From assembly GCA_964501035.1 (NCBI GenBank), contig CAZCRK010000013.1:1-34007 (forward strand): DNA of 34,007 nucleotides, read 5' to 3'. Below the pieces are notes generated by a model, which was not told where the DNA came from, made no database searches, and saw only the letters and a list, made by a program, of their open reading frames with translations. The stretch's first letter is position 1, and each line of letters begins with the position of its first letter. Shown here one piece after another: positions 28,120-34,007 of the stretch. Position numbers and translations under genes: made by a program.

Positions 28120-28692
28120 TTAAACTGCTTCAATTTCTTGCATATATTTTCGCATTTTTTTCAATGCCCTGCTTTTTAAACTACTAATAGTATTAATTGA
28201 TTTTTCAAGTTCTTCTGCAATTTCTCTCTCATTATACCCATCATAATAATACATCTCAACGACTTCTTTTTCTGAGTCATTCAATATTTCTAACATACCC
28301 TCAACAGATAGAACATTTTCAACAGATGCATCATTAAAATGTATCATATTTTCAACATTAACCAATCCATCATGTGAATTTACATCCCCCACTCTTTTAT
28401 AATATGCAGAATTTATAAAATCTCGTGCTAAATTAGTTACTATCAAGTATAGGTAAGTGGTAAACTTAGAAGTTTGATTCCAGTTTCTAATATGTTTTTT
28501 ATCATTATTAAACAACTTAACAAAAGTCTTTTGAAAAATATCCTCTTTATCTTCTTGAGAAAGTTGATCGAATGATTGTAAAGCTCCATATACAAAAGGT
28601 TGAGATAACTGTATAAATTGTCTACTTGATTGAGGGTCGTCCTCAAGTACTTTTTGAATTAACTGTGGAGTAATAACTGCTTGATTTTTCAT
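28120..28692 (-). CDS. ECF sigma-70 factor
   Basis: Region 2 (EDIFQKTFVKLF...SKFTTYLYLIVTNLARD) and region 4 (LNDSEKEVVEMYYYDGYNEREIAEEL...TISSLKSRALKKMR); 190 aa. Confidence 0.92.
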   Translation of the reverse strand: MKNQAVITPQLIQKVLEDDPQSSRQFIQLSQPFVYGALQSFDQLSQEDKEDIFQKTFVKLFNNDKKHIRNWNQTSKFTTYLYLIVTNLARDFINSAYYKRVGDVNSHDGLVNVENMIHFNDASVENVLSVEGMLEILNDSEKEVVEMYYYDGYNEREIAEELEKSINTISSLKSRALKKMRKYMQEIEAV

Positions 28693-28771
28693 AATTAGTT
28701 TTCTTACACAAATTACTTAAACTTGTTCCTTGTTTTTTGGAAATCACATATTTAAAATGTTATTTTTAATC

Positions 28772-28939
28772 ATGGGTCAAACAATCTTATTTATTGTTTT
28801 TGTAATTTTTGCTGGTATTGGAGCAAAATTAATTTGGTATCGATCAGGTAATCATGATGTTGACTTTATCACAAAACTTATTGGATGGATTATCTTTATT
28901 CCAGCTCTTTTGGGAATTATTGACTCTTTAACTTTTTAG
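28772..28939 (+). CDS. Small two-TM membrane protein
   Basis: Two hydrophobic helices; start uncertain (28730, 28757 or 28772); its stop abuts the RBS of the selenoprotein gene. Confidence 0.55.
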   Translation: MGQTILFIVFVIFAGIGAKLIWYRSGNHDVDFITKLIGWIIFIPALLGIIDSLTF

Positions 28940-28948
28940 GAGAAAAAT

Positions 28949-29173
28949 ATGAATGTACACATAGAATACTGTATTAAGTGAAACTATAAACCCCGCTTCG
29001 ACCGTGCGTCGAGCTTAATCAAAGAAATTGTGCCCAACGCTCATATTGAATCGAACTCCTCATACCCAAGGTCTGGTGCGTTTGAAGTAACTATAAATGA
29101 TACTTTGGTCTATTCAAAATTAAAAACCAATGAATTTCCTTCTGAGGATGAAATTAAATCTTGGGTAGATTAA
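28949..29173 (+). CDS. SelW/SelT/SelH (Rdx) family selenoprotein, CxxU
   Basis: Absent from the ORF track. AGGAG RBS, then MNVHIEYCIK-U-NYKPRFDRASSLIKEIVPNAHIESNSSYPRSGAFEVTINDTLVYSKLKTNEFPSEDEIKSWVD, with in-frame TGA 28979-28981 and Rdx motifs EYCxxU, GAFEV, vYSK, FP. Confidence 0.92.
28995..29014 (+). promoter_or_regulatory. Putative SECIS hairpin of the Rdx selenoprotein
   Basis: GC-(T bulge)-TCGAC-cgtgc-GTCGA-GC, beginning 13 nt after the UGA; locally GC-rich. Confidence 0.7.
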
Positions 29174-29199
29174 TCTGACTTTGTGTCAAATTTATATTA

Positions 29200-29215
29200 C
29201 GGAACAGTATTTGCA
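29200..29215 (+). promoter_or_regulatory. Putative sigma-54 (-24/-12) promoter
   Basis: CGGAACAGTATTTGCA has GG-N10-GC spacing and matches TGGCAC-N5-TTGC(A/T); lies upstream of the GGAGG RBS of the 29247 ORF. Confidence 0.5.
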
Positions 29216-29246
29216 TCACCCATTATTATGTTAACTGGAGGGTAAA

Positions 29247-29465
29247 TTGTTAGTTAATTTTGATAATTTTAGAAGGTACTTTAGCCCAAATCGAAATTCG
29301 TCATGGATTCCTGTAGCTAAAGTAGGTGGTTTTTTTATTCTGCTAGGGTTGTTAATTTTAATCTTGAAAGAAGTCATAATTGCTATTTTGGCTGCATTGT
29401 CAATCGGGATTGGAATTTTTATTTTAACAGTAGCATTTAGGATATGGAGGATGTCAAATTTTTAG
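29247..29465 (+). CDS. Small membrane protein (72 aa)
   Basis: GGAGG RBS, TTG start, two hydrophobic segments. Confidence 0.65.
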   Translation: MLVNFDNFRRYFSPNRNSSWIPVAKVGGFFILLGLLILILKEVIIAILAALSIGIGIFILTVAFRIWRMSNF

Positions 29466-29478
29466 AAAAAATATACTG

Positions 29479-30099
29479 CTAGCTTAGTAACAGTTTAACA
29501 CCTAATAGAATTAGAATTAACCCAAATACTTTATTAATACTTCCAAAGTATTTTTCATACCATCTTAAAATCTTATCTTGTGATAATAAATGAGCAATAC
29601 TAGAAAACCAAACGATTGTACTAGCTACCATTATTATCCCTAAAACCAATACCACCCAATTTGGATTTTCAGGTTTTAATACTAAAGTAAAAAGACTGAT
29701 AAAAAACATCCCTGCTTTTGGATTTAAAATATTGGTTAAAAATCCAATTTGAACAGCTTTTGCAGGGGAAATGATTAATTTCTCATGATGATATTTCTTA
29801 TCAAAATGAAATTGTTTTGACATAAAACTTACCAATCCTAGATAACAAAAATATACCATAACTGCAATTTTCAAACCCTTAAAAACAAAAGGAGACTGCA
29901 TTAAAATTAATGATAAACCGGCAATTGAAAATATAACGTGACAAAACACTCCAATACCAAATCCAACGGCTGTCCATTGTCCTATTTTTTTAGAATATTG
30001 AAGTGTGTTTCGTGTTAGAATAAAAAAGTCAGGTCCAGGACTCATTACTCCCAATAAATGAATCACAGAAATTGACCCAATCAGTGCAAGGTGTTCCAC
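29479..30099 (-). CDS. LysE/RhtB family amino-acid exporter
   Basis: SPGPDF, YLG, GFLTNILNPKA, G.ILILLG. Confidence 0.92.
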   Translation of the reverse strand: MEHLALIGSISVIHLLGVMSPGPDFFILTRNTLQYSKKIGQWTAVGFGIGVFCHVIFSIAGLSLILMQSPFVFKGLKIAVMVYFCYLGLVSFMSKQFHFDKKYHHEKLIISPAKAVQIGFLTNILNPKAGMFFISLFTLVLKPENPNWVVLVLGIIMVASTIVWFSSIAHLLSQDKILRWYEKYFGSINKVFGLILILLGVKLLLS

Positions 30100-30102
30100 T
30101 TA

Positions 30103-31443
30103 TTATTTTGCCAATGCACCCATAGGATCCCATGGGTTTAGTGCAACTGGTTCTCGGTCTAGTATTTTAAGAACAGATTTTGGAACATATTTTTTATCTA
30201 CAACCACTTCGTACATATATTCATCAAACCACTTATCGGACATTGTGAAATATCCTTTGTCGCCAAATTTTGTACCCCAGCTGTTTTCAACTCTCCACTT
30301 CTTGGTTTTTCTATCTTTAATATCCACACCTGTAAAGAGCATTGCATGTGTCATCAAACTATCACCATATTCAAGGCGTTGGGTTTTATCTAGCCCTAAT
30401 TTTGTCCCAAGCAACAGGTCGTAGTCATATAAATCCATATCCATTACGCCCAAATCTAAATTGAACATTTTGCCAACATCACATCCAAACCAAACAGCTT
30501 CTCCATTTTTGATAGATTTTGCTGTATAATTTTTCAGTTGACTGATTTCCAAATTGATATACCGAATGATCTCACCTTCTTCCACATTTCCAAGATGTTT
30601 TACTGTATATAACTCATTAAATTTTTTCTCTGTCATTGGACAGTGTATTAAACAAATTTTGTCATTGAGGTTAACATCAACGTGTTTATTCATAAATTCT
30701 GTTGGTGTTTGATTTACAAATCGTTTAAATTTATTTTTCTTATCACGAATTTCCCAATCAAATGTTGTTGGTGGAGTCCCTAAAAATAAACATAAGACTC
30801 TAAACACCGTTGACAACATCTCTTCTTTTTCTTTTCGAAGTTGAGCTACTTTTACTCCGTTTGAATACTGTGTTCGCAAATGGTATGCATATTCGCGAAG
30901 TTTTCGAGTTAAGAGTCGGTTTAACATTCCTGTATTACTACTTTGAAAGCTCTCAGGCATTGCGCTTTTAGGAACCACACCATATTTATTGATGAGATTT
31001 ACAAACATATCCCATTGTCCACCATCTTCAAGTGGATTTGATAGTATCCATGCAACTAAACGACTATCCAATGGTTGGTCAGCAGTTTTAATAATATTTT
31101 CAAAAAAGTAATTTGATTTTTCAAGTTTATCCCAAAAAATAAAATAATTTTGAGAAAACTCAAAATTTGCAAGATTGTATTTCTTACTGAGCTCTATTCT
31201 AAATAAGTTAAGTCCCGCAAATCCCCAGCATCGTCCACTCTTTTTTTGGTCAGTCACCTTGCCCATTTCACCTTTTACGATATGTGAATATTGATGGTTA
31301 ATTTGACTAAACGTATCCCAATTCATAGCTACATCTTGAATTTTAGACCGAGTTAATGCATTTCGATTGACTCTATTTTGAGGATTATTATCAAACTCTT
31401 TTTGAAAATTTGTGATATTAGTTTGTGAAATTTGAGCTCTCAT
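30103..31443 (-). CDS. pepC: Aminopeptidase C / bleomycin hydrolase (peptidase C1B)
   Basis: QKKSGRCW (Cys), FWDKLEK, DGGQWDM, VWFGCDV, MTHAM (His), VENSWG (Asn), C-terminal WDPMGALA. Confidence 0.95.
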   Translation of the reverse strand: MRAQISQTNITNFQKEFDNNPQNRVNRNALTRSKIQDVAMNWDTFSQINHQYSHIVKGEMGKVTDQKKSGRCWGFAGLNLFRIELSKKYNLANFEFSQNYFIFWDKLEKSNYFFENIIKTADQPLDSRLVAWILSNPLEDGGQWDMFVNLINKYGVVPKSAMPESFQSSNTGMLNRLLTRKLREYAYHLRTQYSNGVKVAQLRKEKEEMLSTVFRVLCLFLGTPPTTFDWEIRDKKNKFKRFVNQTPTEFMNKHVDVNLNDKICLIHCPMTEKKFNELYTVKHLGNVEEGEIIRYINLEISQLKNYTAKSIKNGEAVWFGCDVGKMFNLDLGVMDMDLYDYDLLLGTKLGLDKTQRLEYGDSLMTHAMLFTGVDIKDRKTKKWRVENSWGTKFGDKGYFTMSDKWFDEYMYEVVVDKKYVPKSVLKILDREPVALNPWDPMGALAK

Positions 31444-31538
31444 TTTCTATCCTTTTATATTCCTTAAATTAACCAAAAACTGAGGGAACAATTTAATAAA
31501 TCAAACCAATACTTAAAATGTAATTATTTCGAAATTAA

Positions 31539-31781
31539 TCAATGCGAACAAATATTATGCAGTTTGGGTGTAATTCCATCTGGGGTGACTGATATTTTGT
31601 CCTTCATCTGGAAAAATTGTAGCAAATCTTCAAATGAAAAGAGTCGCCCTGAACAATTGGTAAACTGAGCATCATTCCCTAATTTTTCCACTACTAAATT
31701 ACGTAAGTCTTCGATATGAATGGGCTTATTTTGAGCTTTTAAAATGTTTAAAACTTCATGTGCATGATATACATTTTCCAT
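31539..31781 (-). CDS. YecH/DUF2492-like small metal-binding protein
   Basis: HAHEVL...FTNCS...NICSH pattern; start set to ATG 31781 behind GGAG. Confidence 0.75.
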   Translation of the reverse strand: MENVYHAHEVLNILKAQNKPIHIEDLRNLVVEKLGNDAQFTNCSGRLFSFEDLLQFFQMKDKISVTPDGITPKLHNICSH

Positions 31782-31815
31782 TAATTTCTCCAATACAAAT
31801 AGTTAATTCAGGAAG

Positions 31816-34007
31816 TTAAAAATCCATTCCCATTCCACCGCCTTCTGATCCATCTCTATCCCATTTTTTCTGACGACGTTTCTTTTCTTTGAGTTCACCA
31901 AAATTATACTTCAGTGTTAAATAGAAAGTGCGACCTTCACGACTATGCCATAAATGCCTTGTTTGGTCATGCGAATCTAAAGAAATGACTTCTTCTAGTT
32001 CAAATCCTGCATCATCAAATAGATTTTTGATTTTAAAGGTCATATCCAATCTTTCACTAAAAAATGACCGTTTAACAGCTAAACTTGCCATAATCTTTGG
32101 AGTATTTTTCCCAGAAGTAGTATGTAAATTAAACTGACGTGCGGTTAACTCCACCTGACCCACAACAGGTAAAAATATCTTATTCATTAAAAATGTAAAA
32201 TATCCAAAAGAATTTCCATGCAAATCTGGTTCAGTATTTTCGTCTAATTCTTCAAGTTTTGAATACCATGCATTAGTGCTAATCATTGCAAACCAAAATG
32301 GAAGTGGTTTAAATCCAGCAGAAAGTTCTAGTCCAAATGATTTAGCTGAACCAATATTGTCTGGTTCCATTTTATTATAAATAGTTCCATTATACGAGTA
32401 GTCATCTTTATCCCACCAATGAATCATATTGGTAATATTTGTATAATACGTTGCAATAGATAATGACTTCATACCTTCTTGAAATGAATAATCTACCTCA
32501 ATTTTATCTGCATATTCAGGAACAAGATTAGGATTACCAACCCGTATGTATGTGTCACTAAACGGTGGGGTGGGGTTAAGAGAACGTAAACGTGGTCTTT
32601 CTGTTCGTAAACTATAACCAAATTTTAGAGATCTTTTGTCATCTATTTTATATAAAAAGTGTAAACTCGGAAACACCTTAAAATAACTTGCCGGGACATA
32701 CGGTGAATTATTAATTGCATTATAAGCCAACGTATCAAGAACAGAAACAAAATAAGTAGAATCTAACTCATTTAATGGCTGTAAATGCATGTTCATATCT
32801 ACTTTTTCAAACCGCAACCCATTCATTAGTCCTAAACTTTCATTTATATTGAATGTACTTAATGTGTACATAGCAAATACATTTTCTGAATAATCTAAAT
32901 CATAGTTATAAAATTTGGATGTATTTTCATCATCATTTGTATATGTTACCGAATTAGTTGAAAAATAATTATTAAGAGTTCCTTTTACACCAAACTCTAT
33001 GGAATTATCGTTTTCTAATGGAAGTATGTAGTCTAAATTAAATGTTGTTTTATTTTTATTTTCATTCTCAAACCCATCACTATTTTCAGGATTATTTGAA
33101 TTTTCTAACTGTGTGAGTTCATTTTGAGAATTAGAATGTTGAATTTCTAAAGACATATGATGTTGGTCTTTGTTATAGTTTTGATAATAACCCAACAAAA
33201 CATCAAAACGTGATCCACTTTCAACTTCACTCTCTGCTAAACTTGAAGTAGAAGTTGGTTGTGTTGATATAGTTGTGTTATCATCTTCTTGTTCTAGAGA
33301 GTAAATAGTTGAATCAACTTCTGAATTTACAAAACTTGAATCATTATGTTGATTATAAGATAAATTAAATGAAATACTTTTCTTATCATTAATCTCATAA
33401 TCGGAACCAAATGTAATTGCATTATTAATTTTATGTTTTTGAATCTTTGATATTCTATTAGAAGATATAAATGATTTAGTTGTATCTATTAAATAGGTAT
33501 CAATGAAAGTACTATCATCAATAATATTAATATCATTTAACCATCCAGCATTTCCGTTACGTTGTTCATCTTTGTGTGTGAATGATGTATAAAAATTAAA
33601 TTTATTGAAAAAATAATTCAAATTACCTGAAACATTATATTTTTTTCGCTCCCCAATGGTTGAACTTATTGATCCATTGAATCCTTCAAACATTCCCTTT
33701 TTTAACACTATATTTATAATTCCTGCCATGCCATCGGGATCATATTTCGCAGATGGGCTCGTAATTACTTCTATTTTTTCAATTAAATCAGCAGGAATAT
33801 TTTCAACAGATGAAGACCGTAACCCACCACCTCCCAATGCTGAAGGTTTACCATTAATCAAAATAGTAACATTTGAATCACCTCGTAATGTTACTTGGCC
33901 GTCAACGTCAACATTTACATTCGGAATAGTATTTAATGCATCTTCTGCTGAGCCACCTGTTACTGTAGAACTTTGGGAAACATTAAACACTTTTTTATCA
34001 ATTTCAT
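31816..34007 (-). CDS. TonB-dependent receptor / outer-membrane beta-barrel (5' end outside the window)
   Basis: Frame open to the window edge (EIDKKVFNV); plug motifs GQVTLRG, ILINGKP, IEKIEVITSPSAKYDPDGMAGIINIVLK; GNPNLVPE; KYNFG near the C-terminus. Confidence 0.9.
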   Translation of the reverse strand, partial: EIDKKVFNVSQSSTVTGGSAEDALNTIPNVNVDVDGQVTLRGDSNVTILINGKPSALGGGGLRSSSVENIPADLIEKIEVITSPSAKYDPDGMAGIINIVLKKGMFEGFNGSISSTIGERKKYNVSGNLNYFFNKFNFYTSFTHKDEQRNGNAGWLNDINIIDDSTFIDTYLIDTTKSFISSNRISKIQKHKINNAITFGSDYEINDKKSISFNLSYNQHNDSSFVNSEVDSTIYSLEQEDDNTTISTQPTSTSSLAESEVESGSRFDVLLGYYQNYNKDQHHMSLEIQHSNSQNELTQLENSNNPENSDGFENENKNKTTFNLDYILPLENDNSIEFGVKGTLNNYFSTNSVTYTNDDENTSKFYNYDLDYSENVFAMYTLSTFNINESLGLMNGLRFEKVDMNMHLQPLNELDSTYFVSVLDTLAYNAINNSPYVPASYFKVFPSLHFLYKIDDKRSLKFGYSLRTERPRLRSLNPTPPFSDTYIRVGNPNLVPEYADKIEVDYSFQEGMKSLSIATYYTNITNMIHWWDKDDYSYNGTIYNKMEPDNIGSAKSFGLELSAGFKPLPFWFAMISTNAWYSKLEELDENTEPDLHGNSFGYFTFLMNKIFLPVVGQVELTARQFNLHTTSGKNTPKIMASLAVKRSFFSERLDMTFKIKNLFDDAGFELEEVISLDSHDQTRHLWHSREGRTFYLTLKYNFGELKEKKRRQKKWDRDGSEGGGMGMDF

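Noticed and set aside
25795..28692. Type III-E CRISPR (Craspase) locus
   Set aside because: No cas7-11, array or TPR region in the window; only the sigma/anti-sigma/CHAT logic is analogous.
2598..32137. Many 60-115 aa ORFs lying within or opposite long genes (e.g. 2598-2855, 3305-3605, 5716-6189, 14846-15148, 19865-20212, 24120-24413, 28443-28646)
   Set aside because: Nested in well-supported CDSs with no recognisable motifs. The His/Ile-rich ones are the antisense reading of GAT/AAT-rich repeats.

Overview
AT-rich bacterial scaffold with one 100-N gap (19461-19560). The gene content (T9SS-type C-terminal sorting domain, dockerin, TonB-dependent receptors, DUF5916-like barrel) points to the FCB superphylum, most plausibly Marinimicrobia/SAR406 (inference). 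It carries menaquinone genes (menG/ubiE, menF, menD, menH), a DAACS symporter, selD-iscS, an etfB-etfA-membrane FeS oxidoreductase (EMO/FadF-like) operon, a Cys-rich dockerin/T9SS surface protein, a giant TonB-dependent receptor with acidic DxDxDG-rich inserts, hflK/hflC, LysE, pepC, a YecH-like protein and a second, truncated TonB-dependent receptor. The most interesting locus is a compact three-gene operon (25795-28692): ECF sigma factor, soluble anti-sigma-like protein, and a membrane-anchored CHAT (caspase-like) protease with an intact His/Cys dyad and an extracytoplasmic domain. This is a candidate CRISPR-independent, caspase-gated transmembrane signalling system. The ORF track misses or truncates two UGA-recoded selenoproteins (SelD U16; a SelW/Rdx CxxU protein), each with a SECIS-like hairpin. 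It also misses two small ORFs and the apparent non-canonical ATT/ATC starts of two exported proteins. A candidate structured sRNA lies at about 22873-22988. All family assignments come from motif recognition by eye; no database searches were run.
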